NCBI GenBank assembly: GCA_043228905.1
Contig: JBHGNT010000001.1
Location: 35,030,001 to 35,094,000 of the forward strand
Source of the DNA: Azolla caroliniana
Lineage: Eukaryota; Plantae; Polypodiophyta
Length of the DNA: 64,000 bases
Direction of reading: 5' to 3'
The notes beneath the pieces were generated by a model that saw nothing but the letters and a program-made list of their open reading frames with translations, made no database searches and had not been told where the DNA came from. A program made the position numbers and the translations under genes. Of this stretch, positions 1 to 14,250 are shown in pieces; position 1 is the stretch's first letter; every line of letters starts with the position of its first letter.

Positions 1-271
1 CATTGTACTGAAGTAACCACAGAGAACGAAATATACAACATTGTCCCTAAAATACTAAAATGGCTTGCCTATGAGCCCCAAAAGAAGGTTACAGCCGAAG
101 ATATTCACATAACTGAAGGTAAAATCATTTTGTGTGGTACTATCTTAGACTACATAACTGAAGGTAAAGATTTCAGCTGCAATGATTAAAATTTAAGGAG
201 ATTATTATCCAGCTGACGAAACGATTGTAAACTATTTTATAAAATCAGATACTTCTTTATACAAGAAGGCA

Positions 272-600
272 CATGTTCTGAGACCCTCAGTTGCAAATAT
301 TTGCTTTCTTACTTTTAGGTACATAATATAATAGCAATAACAATGATGCAAGGAAAATCGAAGGTATTTTGAAATTTATTGTAAATGTAAAAACTTGATT
401 GTGGCCATTGTTGCCCAATGAAAAAAATTATAAAGGTTACCATGTTCTGAGACCCTCAGTTTGAAAATATTTATTTTCTTACTTTTAGGTACATAATATG
501 ATAGAAACAATAATGATGCAAGGAAAATCAAAGGTTTTTCAAAACTTATGACAAATGTGAAAACTTGATTGTGGCCATCATTGCTCAATGATAAAATTTA
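272..600. repeat. ~169-bp direct tandem duplication (2 diverged copies)
   Basis: CATGTTCTGAGACCCTCAGTT...CTTACTTTTAGGTACATAATAT...GATGCAAGGAAAATC...AAAACTTGATTGTGGCCA occurs starting at 272 and again at 441. Confidence 0.9.
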
Positions 601-1149
601 TCGCGGTTACATAGTTAATTTCATAAGAGATGGTTCACATATGCAAGTGCTAAACTCCCTGCATGACGCAACGTACAATAGCATCTCGTTATTGTAGGTT
701 ATCATCATCTTCAGATATTCAACTGTCTTGTGAAAGATTCATTTACATACTCTTCACTGTATCAGATTTCTAAGACCTCAAAGTAGCAAATTGACCAGAA
801 TGAGAGAACGAAAGAAAGACATAATAACATCTTTTAAGAGACCAAAATGGCCTCTAAGACCACACAAGAGATTACATCTTAAGTGTTTGTTGTCTTGTCT
901 TTCAGAACAACAAATCAAAATAAATAAACGTTACTAAGTGAAAAAAAAAGTAAATAAGATAAGAAAAGGCTAAAGAATCTTGTTATCGATACATGCAAAA
1001 TTCTCAAGTCAGATATACTGTAATTTTTTACTTTGAAAGATCTTTAGCCTAAATCGATCGAGAATGGAGAGGTCTCCGAAGTGAGGCAAGCACCTGCAAT
1101 GGCGAGAGATAATAGCCTTGATCTGTCGATGACAAGGGTGGTGAGATTG

Positions 1150-1500
1150 TAGTCCATGGGATCGTAGTGATTGCGAAGCTTTTGTTTCTTCCTGCGATGC
1201 AACCTCCCATTTACTGTTTTGATCACATGATCTAGCCTCTTTTAAAGTAACAGGCTCATTCTCATTACTCAACATCATGTACTCCAGAGAGGGATCATAT
1301 CTCTGTAAAGACCTCCTTAATCTAGTAGAGCTTTTTAATCAATGATCTACATTATCAGGCATGGAATCTAACCACAAAATATTCAATATGAGGCTGTTGT
1401 TGATCATTTACAGCCATACTTTCAGCATTATTTACTGGCTGCATATGACCTCCAGGCACATTTAATGGTTGTCCGTCATCTTCTAGCAACATTACCACAG
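1150..1500 (-). mobile_element. Ty1/Copia pol fragment (integrase-RT junction), degenerate
   Basis: The minus strand reads STRLRRSLQRYDPSLEYMMLSNENEPVTLKEARSCDQNSKWEVASQEE. This matches the Copia pattern RRSxR...EPxTxxEA...W..AM.EE at the start of RT. Similarity is lost afterwards. Confidence 0.75.
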
Positions 1501-2599
1501 TCTCATCATGATTTTCAGCCCTTTAAAGTTCCACTTAAGGCACATTATCATCATCAATGGTGGGCTAAAATCCAAACTTTGTTTTTTTCAGATTACCAAA
1601 AATATTTTACAACTTATTTCCAACGAAGTATATTTAATTCAGGTATTAATCCGAAAATTTGAAACATAGTTCTAATTGCTGAGGATTCCAAATATTGTTT
1701 TTTTTCCCGAATCCCCAACGAAACTTCAAGACAATTTTGTTTTTCAAACTCTTCCTAAAGAATTTGATTTTTCTTTTGCTTCACATTTTAAACTTGTTTT
1801 TTTGTTTCCTCCAAACTTACAAATTATTTCCAAAAAGATAAGGCAAAGCCGTAGGCATGATGATTACCTGTTTGTGAAGACGTTCAATCTCAATGCAATT
1901 GTAGGAAATTACAGTGATGATCTTGCTGAAGAGCACGTTATTAGTCTCTACGAGTGAGAGGAGGGAGGTTCGATCTCTGGAATTGATAGGATTGAGAAGA
2001 ACAGGATCTGTGTTGATATCAGATGCCATGGATTCTAGGGGAAAGAAACGATGTGACGGAATGGATTCCTTGAAAATCTCTGAGTTTTGAAGAGATCTCA
2101 TCTCTCCAGACATCCACAAATCGACGAAGCTTCTCCTGCTCTACCTCTTCCTCCATTTTTGCGTGAAACTTCTCTGTGAGGGAGTGTGTGTGTGCGTGTG
2201 TGCGTGTGTGTTGATGGAAAATCTGAAAGTAGAAAGTAATTAGAGAGAGTTAATGGTCTGTAAATTAGGGATTAGAGAATTTGTTGTGATTTACTTGGCA
2301 ATATTCACACTTGTTTAGATTTGGTTGTCAATCATCATGGACCGCAACAACATAATTGTGTCAAAACTGTGTTTATTTCGACTCATCCGAGAGTACTTGG
2401 GATTAAGTGCACAGTCCGCACTATTTCACCAAGATGGATGTGCATGGCATCTGCCTTCTTATTCAATTTTGTGCGTGACGGTGATGATGAATGGGAGGTG
2501 ACGTTTTATGCTCAATATGACCACGACTTGCATCTAAATCACATGTCACTCCCAAAAGCTAAGAGTGGGAATTTTAACCATCCAGTTTAGGATAATGAT

Positions 2600-4900
2600 C
2601 TTTTGACAATTGTTGAATCTTTTGAGAAGAGGCGACTTTTTCTTTGGAAGCATTTTGGACGGATCTCCTCAAAATGTCATTGTCTTCAAAGCTATTACAA
2701 TCACAAGAACTTTAAGTATTCTCATGTTCTCAACCTTTGGCATGTTTAACTTGTTGATAGTTGGCTTGTTGGTTTACATCATAACATCAATATTTATAAA
2801 TATAAGAGAACCTAAGTTTGAACCTCACAATACATTAGGCCTTGTCTCATAGCCGGCAACCAGTCTCTCCCGAACCTTAAAAAGAATTCTCTATCTATTG
2901 CCCTTTTTATATTAGGAGTCTTGAGTGTATCCCAAAACCAAAACATTGAACCTAAGATGTCCAACCGATACTTAACAAACTTAATCCCCAACTCAATTGT
3001 CAAAACTTGTGAAAGCCAAACTATCCTTCAAGCTAGAGATTCAAATATTGTGAAGGAGGTGAAGCTCGAAACAATCAAACTCGTTAAAGAGGAAAAGAAT
3101 GTTACCAACATAGTACGAACCCCCTCGAGGTTGATACAATCTCTCTTAAAGATTTAAGATATTAGGTTAGTCCAAATCACATAACAATGGTCAAAGAGGG
3201 AATCAACAAACTCCTTTGGGTTAGCTATGTCCAATAGTCATAGTTCCAAAGAAGAATAACAAAGCATAACGTCATGTGTGTATCACTCTAATCCCTCCCA
3301 TTTATAGATACCATCTTGGATATAATGGGAACACAAAACATACTATTAGGCCTTCCTCAAAAAACTTCAGTGCTAACCACTCCATCGCAAGTGTGATATT
3401 TGAATTTGAGGCCCACCATGGCATGCATCACATTACCAATGACAAACAAGTGTACATCTCTTAGAGCTTGAGATAACGAGCGATCTCATGTAGGTTAACA
3501 TCAGCATATTGAGAGATTTGGTTCTACCCACATGGAATGACGTGAGTATAATACCTTGGTGATGTACTCATATTGAGACTAATGAATCTACCTTTTTTTT
3601 TTATCGCAAATTATCCACATGCCTAATATATATTTCACTCCTTTCATGTCCATAATGTCATAAATGGCCTAACTTTTGATCGAACAACACTACCAAAAGA
3701 AAGAAGAAAGAGACAATATCATGATTGAGAAATTATACTAAAATATGAGGTAGAGTACAATAATCAATTATGAAATGTCAGAGTTCATGATTGTATTATT
3801 CATAATGGGTGAGATACTCTAGACAAGTTTTCTTCAATACATTTCTTAGGATGACCTACTTATCCAACTAAACAAAGTAACATCTCCAAACCCTAGATGT
3901 TTCAATTGCATATTTGGACTTTGAGGGTTCATACTCTCTCGTGCCTACTTAGGGTTTCCATGTTTATAGCAAACATTCATCCACACACTAATCAACGTTG
4001 ATAAAACTCTACATTCAAATATGCAACAAAAGTGTAAATGTACCAAATGTAGGCGTCTACATTCCTTTAATGTACGAACCTCACCACCCATCCGTCAGGT
4101 TGTACCATGATCCCTATCGATCTATGAGTTTCTACCCTTGATCGGTGATTACCTCAACTTGTGATGCACAATGCATTGTCTAGCGATTCCTCAATCTACA
4201 TAGATTCACAAAAATGTCCAAAACACATAGCAAAAAAACTTCATCAATGTATCCACCTTTAGCATAATGATCCAATTCTTCTCAGCATAGTATCAGACGA
4301 AGTGACGTTTCACCTCGACATGCTCTATATTTGTGTCAAAGTGATCACACTCTAATTGACACTATGGAGGATCAAGCTTTGATAGGCCATTCCCATGTCA
4401 TCTACCAAGTGAGAAAGCCAAAGTGCTTCCCCTGTTTCAAATGTTGCAATATACTCTACATCTTTACCTCCATGATACTACTCCTTCGACAAACTCAAAG
4501 ATATATCCCAATATTGACCTTGTATCCACACAAATGTAGTATAAATCCTAAAAAACAATTATTGTTGGTTCAATCATTCTAAGGTTGGGGACTTGGTTCC
4601 TTGTATAACTAAAGTTTAAAATACACCTTTCACAACTTCCCATTGCTTCTTGCTAGGATTTGACATGAACAAGCTACTTGTGTCTCCAACTAAGAAGGCA
4701 ATGTGGAGCTTATGTTATACATTAGGCTACCAACTGCTATGCGGACAAAAGGTAGGTAGGTACCTTGAGCTCGCATCTTAATCACGATTGGACTTATGTC
4801 TCCATATCTATGTTTGTATGTGAGACTGTACCATTTCTAACCAAATCATTATGTAGGTTGGCACTATGAAGGGTTAGAGATATTGACACTACTACCAAAA
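2600..4900 (-). mobile_element. Highly decayed L1-type LINE ORF2 remnant
   Basis: Minus-strand motif relics occur in the expected order: SDH-like (~4345), HQG-like copy of RQGCPLS (~3560) and SQYAD (~3500-3515; YADD catalytic motif). Many stops and frameshifts. Boundaries are approximate. Confidence 0.5.
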
Positions 4901-5179
4901 CTATATACATTAATTTTCATTTAAATTTGCAATATTTGTTTAATGCAATAAATATTAGCATTAAAAGTGCTAATGAGGGGGATTTGTTCCAAAACTTTAT
5001 TCACAAATTTGGATTTTCCCAAAGTTTCAACTTTTCAAAATTGTTGATCCAACAAGCTAAACATTTATGTGTATGGTGCCTAGGATTTTCTCTTCCAATT
5101 GAAATTTAGAGGGATCATAAGTTTTCTATAAAGAGAACCAAAAACAAATTTCACACATGACCATGTATGAAAACAAAGA

Positions 5180-5800
5180 TGCTTATGTGTATTGTACCAG
5201 GACAAGTTGGTGAAGGGAACATTTCAATTTGCCACTCATGAATTATTATTATTATTATTACTTTCAAGACAACAACAAAGCTATTATAGAACATATATAG
5301 TCATTAAATTCCCTTAGTTCATCTCAATTGATTTTGAGTTTATGGTTCATAAGACTATTTACATTTTGGGAGGAGATTATGAGCATGTAATTGTTGGGGA
5401 AAAGCTTCTCTAAGCATGACTTATTTGAAGCGCACATTTATTTGTTCTTTAGCTTGTTAATAGTGTGAAATTTTATTTTCTAATCCTTTTCTCCATGCCA
5501 CATAAAGGAAAATTGTCTTTATTCTCTTACTCAAGGGAAACTAATGTTTACATGTATATTGTGCATCATAAGCCATGTAATCATCTTCTCAATTGCAATC
5601 CATACATTTTAACTATACGATTTTCCTTTAGTACTGACAATGTTTTACTTCAAGCCGAAGCAAGGGAGGCATATTGGCCCTTTGACTCATCTGACAATCG
5701 TTTACAAAGCATTGACAACAAGGGACCAAACCACAAGGGCATCAAGGCTAGATATAATGCGTAAACATTGAGAAAAGGAGGCCAAAAGTTAAAGTAAGTG
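5180..5800 (-). mobile_element. Possible Copia gag fragment
   Basis: Minus strand LLSMLCKRLSDESKGQYASLASA resembles the gag/UBN2 region, with a weak zinc-knuckle relic near 5200. Weak similarity only. Confidence 0.3.
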
Positions 5801-5949
5801 AATCTACAACAAATTTGGGTGGAGAAGCCATGTCTAAGAAACATATAGCTATAGATACATGCATACCTACAAAAAGTAATGAGAGAGAGAGAATGAGAGT
5901 GATGCAACTTAATATCCCAAATAAATTTTAAGAGGGAGGCCGGGTAAAT

Positions 5950-7650
5950 GTGTGTCATGTGAGTACGTAATAAAACTGAGAGATGGAGAAGATGAGAGAA
6001 AGGGTGGTCATGTGCATGTATGCATGTTTTTATTTGACTGACAGAATGGAAGCCTTATATTAATTCTCCAATATGAAATTTGGGATTGGGCAAGGAAGCA
6101 AATTTAAAATGGCATGTCAGAGGAATGATCCCAATGAAAACAAGTCGTGAAGGTCAAAGGATAACCACTTACAAGAGAATCTAATGTGAGTTGGAGTAGA
6201 AAGGGGCTTTGGAAGTCGAGGATAAGCACCAAAGTCAAAAGCAAAGCATATACGTACACAATGAGACCATGTAGAAGTAAAAGTAATAAAAACTAGGAAT
6301 ATGTATTTGCATGATGGGGAGTTCCAGCCAAACATTAAATTTCTTATGTCACTAGTGATAGAAATGTGTTAAAATTTTGAGTATCGAAAAGCGTGTTTTG
6401 GAAGGAGGTCTTATATCTAAAACTTAATTGTTGCCTAAGGAGGACAAAAGGAGGGCACGTTTCTTCCAACTATTGAAAGTTAATTTGAGCCAATATCAGG
6501 CCTACATGGCACACACATGCAATGCAAACACACATGTGTATATCCTATTAGCAACCAAGTAATGGTCCCAGTATATCTATTTTTATAAACCTCTATCAAC
6601 TAACTTCAAAAGGGTATTCCTCTTAAACATATCCCCACTCCTACATAACTATTATTGATGCTTGCCCACATTCAAACTTGCATGTAATAACTATACTAAT
6701 TGTGTATCCCAATTTTGTCATAACCAATCATTCTTTGGCATCCATGCACAACTCCTTTGAACACATATCTAGCATATTGGGTCCACGTATTTTTGGGTCA
6801 ACATACAAATATCCATTCCTTTTGTCCCCATGTTAAAACATTGTTCTTTAGGATGGACCACCTTTGCTTGCATTCTAAGATATTGGCAACCTCCCCACAA
6901 CAGTTGATTACCCCACCTTGCTTCTAATATGCTCATTCTCTTGACGAAAAACGTTTTGTGAACATGCTCTCCCTAGTGCATTAGAAAAGCAAGCCATGTA
7001 CCACCTCTAGATTCTTTCTTCTCTACATCCATTTTTCAACATGAAACAAGCATAAAATTTAATGAAAGGCCAACAATCATATATAAAATCTTGTACCTGA
7101 TTTCTCCCATTTTAATCCCAACAAATCATACCAACTTTTCCCTCTAAAAAACTGTCATCTTACCTTTCTTTTGAGTGAATCAACATTGCATCCTTAACTT
7201 TTGCTTTCAATGAAAAGATATGAAATTCTGCCATTCTTCCCGGTCACTTACATTGCTCAAAATAGCTTCAATACTCTTGCATACAAAGACAAGACAACAT
7301 GAGACATGTACCACATACATGCTCCCACATACACATTCTACACATGATGCTAATCAATAAGGTTGAAGTTTGCGTGAAACCTCTAAACATGACAAAACTC
7401 TCTCTATGCATTAATATTGTATTCTCTTTCATAGTATTTTCTAAATGTGAAGAATTTAATAAGTAAAACCACATGTGTACATTTTCTCCAATAATAAGTT
7501 GTTCTCATGACGTTTGTTTCTTAGTTACCTCAAGCAAAATTGGTAAATCCAAATTGCTAGCATTTAAATCCATTGAATTGCCTCTTTACCAACTTGTTGC
7601 TTTTACCTTATACTAAAATTTCACTACACAAAAAAGATGCGATATTTGCA
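5950..7650 (-). mobile_element. Decayed LINE RT C-terminal / zf-RVT remnant
   Basis: Minus-strand relics resemble KYLG..., LAxW and VLLIK (as in RxxLIKSVL), followed by a Cys/His-containing zf-RVT-like stretch (ORF 6117-6335: SPSCKY...HCVRICFAF). Confidence 0.45.
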
Positions 7651-9249
7651 TACTTTCTTAAGGAGTTTTTGGCCTTCATTTGATACGGAATATTTTCCTT
7701 GTAAATGGTGTGTCATATCGTCCTTGCTTCATATATAACTCAATAGATCAACAAGCTCATCATGTCTTTCACATTTGTTTGGTTGCATATAAGTATAACA
7801 TTATGTCTTATGTTGTGTACATATGCATGACTTTTTTTGCTATGTCTATTTCTCTTTTTGTCTTTGTGATGTGAAAGGGATGTGGGTACAAGTAAGTGGG
7901 CTTGAAGAGTAAAGTATAAACCCTATTATATCATTATGAGGAAGAGGCCTTTAAGTAATGCAACAACCAAACCATGAATGAAGGCAGTGAAAGATTTGGT
8001 ACATGGAGAGAACAAATCAATACAACTAGCACCTAAATATTATATGAATTGGCACATTTTCCATTGAATTGGAACTATTATTGCATAAATGTTTTTCAAA
8101 ACTAGGTATGAGATTTTCTCATCCCATATGGCAGGTTTACCATAACATAGCTGGGCTTCGTTGCTAGTGTGGTAGGGGTCTCTTCTTTTTCTGGTGTATG
8201 CAAATGAGCATTACATTGTTGGTTTGCATTCTAATTTTGTTATATATATATATATATGCACATATGTGATGTTAGGCTTTGTGGATGATGATCGTGTGTC
8301 ACATTGGCAAGGAATACACGTGGCAAGGTGGTGCATTGGTATGTAAAGGACGGCGAATAAAAGCACTTTACTTTGCACCTTATGAACAGAAAAAAAGAGA
8401 ACAATGTATATATACATACTCTTTATCTAGTATTAAAGTGCCTACAATTTGCCCTTTATTTTCAAAGCTTCATGGCCGTTGTGTGATCATTTATAATTTA
8501 AATGTCATGCTCTTTTTTTGAACTCTTACAACAAACATCTCATAATCGTGGATGTCATGACAACATTGAATTCTCAAATGGTCTTGTTTTTTGTGTTATT
8601 TAATACACCTCACAATGCACATGATCCCCCTCCCCCGACCACCACCAAGATACTTCATTCAGAAATCAATCATCACCTTATCTCATCAACATTAGCTCTA
8701 ACAATCACAAGTTTTTCATTTTTTGCATATTGCACAATTTTATAGCAATCACCCTCATCGATGACTTATCATGTAAATACAATTTTCACATTTACATGTT
8801 GGACACTATTATAGCGTTCACTCTTGTCACAATGGCATTCTCTATTTAGACTTTCTTTGCAAACTACTAATACCCTGGTCTACTAATGCCAATCTCTAGC
8901 TTGTTTACCCCATTGACAACAATGATTTAAAATGGTTTTCTTACCCTCCAACCTATCCTATCCTGGTCACAACATTCACTTACAAATGTTGGACATCACA
9001 CACGATCACCTTCGTTGATGTTATCAGTGGGAAAATTTGTGGGGATAGTAGCCATGTCCACTCGCCACTAATCAATCATCACATAGTGAGAAAGTTTGTC
9101 GGATAAGTAGCCATATCTTTTGGCCACTAATCAACCATCACATCATCACATGCAATGACTTAACATATGTAGTCACAAAGAAAATTTATTGACTTCTTTT
9201 TTATGAACATACTTGCTTGGACATCAGCTCTTCATATTTCAACAACTCT

Positions 9250-10450
9250 TTCATTTAGTGCTTTTGCTTCTTATAAGAAAATTATGTACCAAGGAGCTAA
9301 ATTCATCAAGCCTAATGGGATGGTCCATTTGGTATGTCATTAGGTAACTAAAAATTATGTTGATAAACCATATGAGTTAGATGCTTATATTGCTTATTAG
9401 TTTACTTAATTATGTCATTAGTATTCATTTCCATGTGATTAGGAGCCTCAACTTCAACTAGATATATAAAGGTAGTTTTGGAATGTTATAATGGTCTCAT
9501 ACTTCTATGAGAGAGTATTTGATAATTTTCATTTTAAAACTTTAATCAATTTTCCTCTTAATTTTGGAGTAGCATTTCACATACCAATAAGTCTTGCCTT
9601 GGTTATGGAGCACATCTTAATGGATCTTGGTTCTTAGGAGGAACGTTCAATAGGGTGCAACATGACATGTAACATCTTCATGCCAATGTTGTTGGGTTTG
9701 AACATGTAATAAATACAAAAGTTGCCCTAAAACACGTGGCTAAGAATATCTCATATATGTTACGTGATTTTTAGGATCTCACATCTGGTTATTATACCTC
9801 ATAATTATTCCCCCTTTGTCTCGCTATGAATACCCCCCAACAACTTAGTAGATATACATTTCTAAGGAGCTTTAACATGAATACACAAAATCTATCAAAA
9901 GTTAACTTAGAACGCAAGAGTATCTCATTTTTCGTTGGTCATTTAAAACACCCTTCTTTCAAAATAAAGTTTTTGACATTCATTTATAAAACCATATGGA
10001 CTACATCACCTTGTATGTACATTAGCTTGTCCTTTGGCACAACCTATCATGAAAAAGAATTGGAACAAAGTGATGAGTCATTCTATTTGATGTATGACGT
10101 AAGGTTTTATCCTTTCAAAAGCAAGAGAACTTTTTTTGTTATACATACTATAAGGTTTCCGCTTTTAAAAAAAACATTGGTTATATACTCCTTTGTTTCT
10201 GTTAGAGAAAGTGCATAAAAGTATGGAAACATGTTTCAAACTCATTGTATGTACCAATAAAACATTTTGTCAGAAGGTGTCATTTTGGCTAGGCAGTAGG
10301 AAGGGGCATGTTTGTAAATTTGCTATTCTTGTCTCTAATATCAAAGTATGGGTACAATTCGTCCAAGTAAAATGTCAACAATCATCAATGTGGAGCTTGT
10401 TCGAGCTTGAAATTATGTGATAACCTTAACTCCATTGCAATATGAATACC
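9250..10450 (+). mobile_element. Decayed LINE RT remnant
   Basis: Plus-strand relics: DKPYE (~9362; KAYD-like), RRNVQ*GCNMTCNIF (~9635-9680; RGVRQGCPLSPxLF-like), and FWLG (~10283). Confidence 0.45.
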
Positions 10451-11999
10451 AACTTGATCCTTTTTTTTTTACCATAAGAAGTTTGTAGCGATGACTTTGG
10501 CATGACGAGAGACGTACAAGATCAAAGACATAGATTCAGTTACTTCATTTGCACACTTTAACATGCATATTCTTGAGAGTTCGAGGTATATTGGTAAACA
10601 AAGGTTGCATGTTACATTTTTATATATATGTGAAGGAACGCATATCTATATGGTATTACAACATAGTAATTTAATAAGCTAGAAATTTTTGTGAGCATTA
10701 GGAGGGCCACAATTATTTCTTAATGCTCTCAAAAAATTGCATCAAAATATACACAACAGGCTTCATCATGTATGCATAGTTGGACTTTTTCCTTCGTTAT
10801 TACTACATGACCTAAGTATTGTTTTACCGTGTACTTTTTTTCGATAGTTCCATGTCAACACTCGTATTAGATTAAACTACAAGCATTATCTCGGACTAAT
10901 GAACAAAAATGAGTTTCCCTTTCATATAATTTCTAGTGTTAATGTTGTGATTTTCAAAACCAAATATTCAAATGGCACTAGTTTTACTTGGAGGTATAAT
11001 GCAAGTGTTACTTCAATGCATTTTAAAGAATCTCCTAGTAATATTGATCTTAGATCCCGATGTTCAATATCATATATTCAATTCGAGCATGAAATGTAGT
11101 GCAGGTGTACATCTTGGGCTTGCCCTCTTGTCATTCTTCGGCCATAGTACATATTATTAATGCCATGAAGGTAGTTCTTTGTTATTAATATAAAGGCTCA
11201 TCAATGGCAACCAAAACTCTACTTTTGAGATCACATTTCGACAAAAAATGTAGTTTCCATAGATGCTTGAATGTATTCCTTTCAACTACTTAATGTGAAA
11301 TCCCTCAAGCCATATTGAATGCATAAGGAAGGTTTGTATGATTGCAACATTAAAATTGATTTTGAGATGGACATGCATGTTATTTTTTCGAGTTGTTTCC
11401 TTATACGAATAAAGTTAGCTCTTTGTTTATTTTTTCATCAACAAGTCTACGTTGCGAAGATAGAGTGCTACGGGCATGACCATATAATATCTTGTGGTAA
11501 TATTATACCGTAGTATTCTATACATGTGGATAAAGTGTGTGTGTAAAGAAGGGAAGGATTACTTTGTCCTTGCAGTGGATCAACTCTTGTAGCGAGCGCA
11601 CCAATACCAAGTATGACTCGACGCCACGATGGTGGTATGGGACGCCGATTGAGGCTCGAGTCCATCTCGATCCCTTCACTCGGGGGTGTTTGGGTGGATC
11701 GGCACCCTTCTCTCTCTCTCTCTCTCTCCCCCCCGCCCCCCTCCCCCTTTCTATCTATCTATCCATTAATTCCTTATCATATCCTTACATTAGTAACAAG
11801 CTTTAACGTAGAGGGTGTATTGACGAGCCATGGACAAAAAATGTGCATCCAATAGAATATATTCGTAATGGTATGTGAATAATATTAGTAATCCATGAAT
11901 TGTGATCTCAAGATGGGTAAAGCATAAAGAAATGTGCATATTTTAATCCTAGATATCCACACCAAATCTAGTTTCTATGCCATTAAGTGACCTAACCCA

Positions 12000-13000
12000 A
12001 ACTTAACAAACATGGAGGACTAACGCTTCTAACAAAGCACAACCCTTATTAATATTGGAGAATCATGCCTATTAGACCAAACTCGTAATTTTCTCTTTTT
12101 TGTTAAATATGATGTGGACTCACTTCTAGGCACGTGTCTTATCAGATGTCCCCTCTCTATATAACATGATAAAATGTGGCTATGGAGGTGACATTAATTA
12201 TTGCTTAAGTCACCCTTTAAAACTAACAAAGCGTTAGTCATGGTCACAGTGTTTGTTATACAAAAAGCTAATGTTGTGCTTTCTTCGTCTACAATGTAAT
12301 CATTGGATGACTTGATGCATGCTCCCTTAGTCACATTTTTATGAATGTGTGCTCATAATGAATGTTTTGGTTCTGATATCGTCAAATTGAAATATAATGA
12401 CTCATCAACAATATGCTATATATTTAACTAGGAAAGCTTTAAAGTAAAATGTATTTTGATGTCTAATGGATCGCAAGTGGCCAACAAGATTACTTGAAAG
12501 TGGTGTTAATTGATATGCAAGTATCTTGGGTTAGCATACCTAGGTATGAAGTAAGACTTTTGACGAAGAATGTTTGTTATCAAACACGATAAAAGACATT
12601 GAAAACAACAAGTTTATCCCAATTACTGATATCTTGTAATTTGTCATGAAAATCTTTGTTATGATATAGCATTCAAGAGATTCTCAATTTGACAAAGACA
12701 TGAGATACGCAAATCACTTAAACATTGTGAGCTACCTACTCAATTCACAAGTTCATTAAAAATGTCACTAGTTAGTTGTCCATATAGGAATGTATCGAAG
12801 CATCACATTACAAGCTCGATCATAAGGAGCATGTTATGCATGACTATTAAATAGTTTGTGACATTCAACCCATGTATTTTCCCAATGTCTTTACTTACTG
12901 CATTTTTTTGTATGTACTAGTAACTACATAAATATACACACATGCACATATTTATTTGTACGCATATAAACCAAGGCATCCACGTGATCACTGCCCCAAT
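12000..13000 (+). mobile_element. Possible hAT transposase relic
   Basis: Weak relics resemble CxxHxL...DIxKL (~12320-12390) and YLLNxxF (~12735). No intact ORF or TIRs were seen. Confidence 0.3.
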
Positions 13001-13299
13001 TTCTTTATATGCCTCCAATGGATCTATTCTTTTCCATTTGCACACAAGTTAACATTAAAATTTTGCAAGAACATCAATGTAGAATGTGCCAAAACTCATC
13101 ATGTCACCTGAGATTGGATATGTACGGAAGTAATAGAAAGTTTATGTCCAATTACAACCATTTCAATTTTTTTCTATGATGTTTAACAAAGTTTTGAATG
13201 AATTCCAAAGCATGCATGTGTTTTTCACATACAATCTTCACAACTTATAATATGTGCTTATAAGTCAACTTTGTTTGTGTCTAGGAATTAGCCTGGCAC

Positions 13300-14250
13300 A
13301 TTTCTATACGAATTGCTTTAGTTCTGAGATTCTTCCATTGGATTTAGAAACACCATGAAATTGGTATAGTATATTGCACACGATTGGTGCTTGATAGCTA
13401 AGTTATAACACTGCGACATGTTAGGAAGAGGCACAAAGTAATATTTCCGTTGTAATAAATCAATTATGGATTTCTGATTAGTGCATTTCATCACTTTTTT
13501 TTAGAGTTTACCCCGATGGCTTAAAAAGCCCAAAATTTGCAAGATACCAATACAAGCTCTTATTGTGCAATGTCAAACATGACCTTTCATAAATCAAAGT
13601 AAGTATTGTAACTTGTCGAACTTTACGTGAATTTAACAAGTAGGTTTCATGTGAAAACAAAACCCCGATTTCACAATATTGCCGAAGTGGCCCCCTTGAA
13701 GAAGATAAGGTAAACGATTGTTAATAGCACATCAATACGTACATCGGTAAGGATGCACCACAAAGGTCAACCGAATATGAACATTGGTAAGGGTATCATA
13801 TACAAGTGACGTGAGAAATGCATTAATAATTTTGTGGTTACACACTTGAACATAATAATCAAGTATTGCCAATATGAGACATTGTCAGCCCCATCCATGG
13901 AATGTTATGTAAATTCAACGTATGTTGTATAGAGCGTGAACCTCGAGTGAGCAACAAATGTAAGATTTTGGGGACCTTACTTTTGGGGGTGAAATTAAGA
14001 AGAGTAGATGGAATCCAAATAATTAGCAAAGCAATTCTATCAGTTTCAAATCTTGGGTTGTGGAAAGTGATATGTAAAACCATATATTTTAGGAGCAAAT
14101 GGTTCAACATGAAAATGAACGCCCAAAGCTTCAAATTGGATCTTAGAACGCAAGATGACATACTACAAACTTCATCGCCATCACCTATGTATGTAAACAG
14201 GTAAATCAATCACTAAGGTTGCTAGTCACTTCATGCCCACATCCCCACAT
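13300..14250 (-). mobile_element. LINE AP-endonuclease relic
   Basis: Minus strand LLQGGHFGNIV at ~13675-13705 resembles the endonuclease GGDFN motif. Degenerate. Confidence 0.35.
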
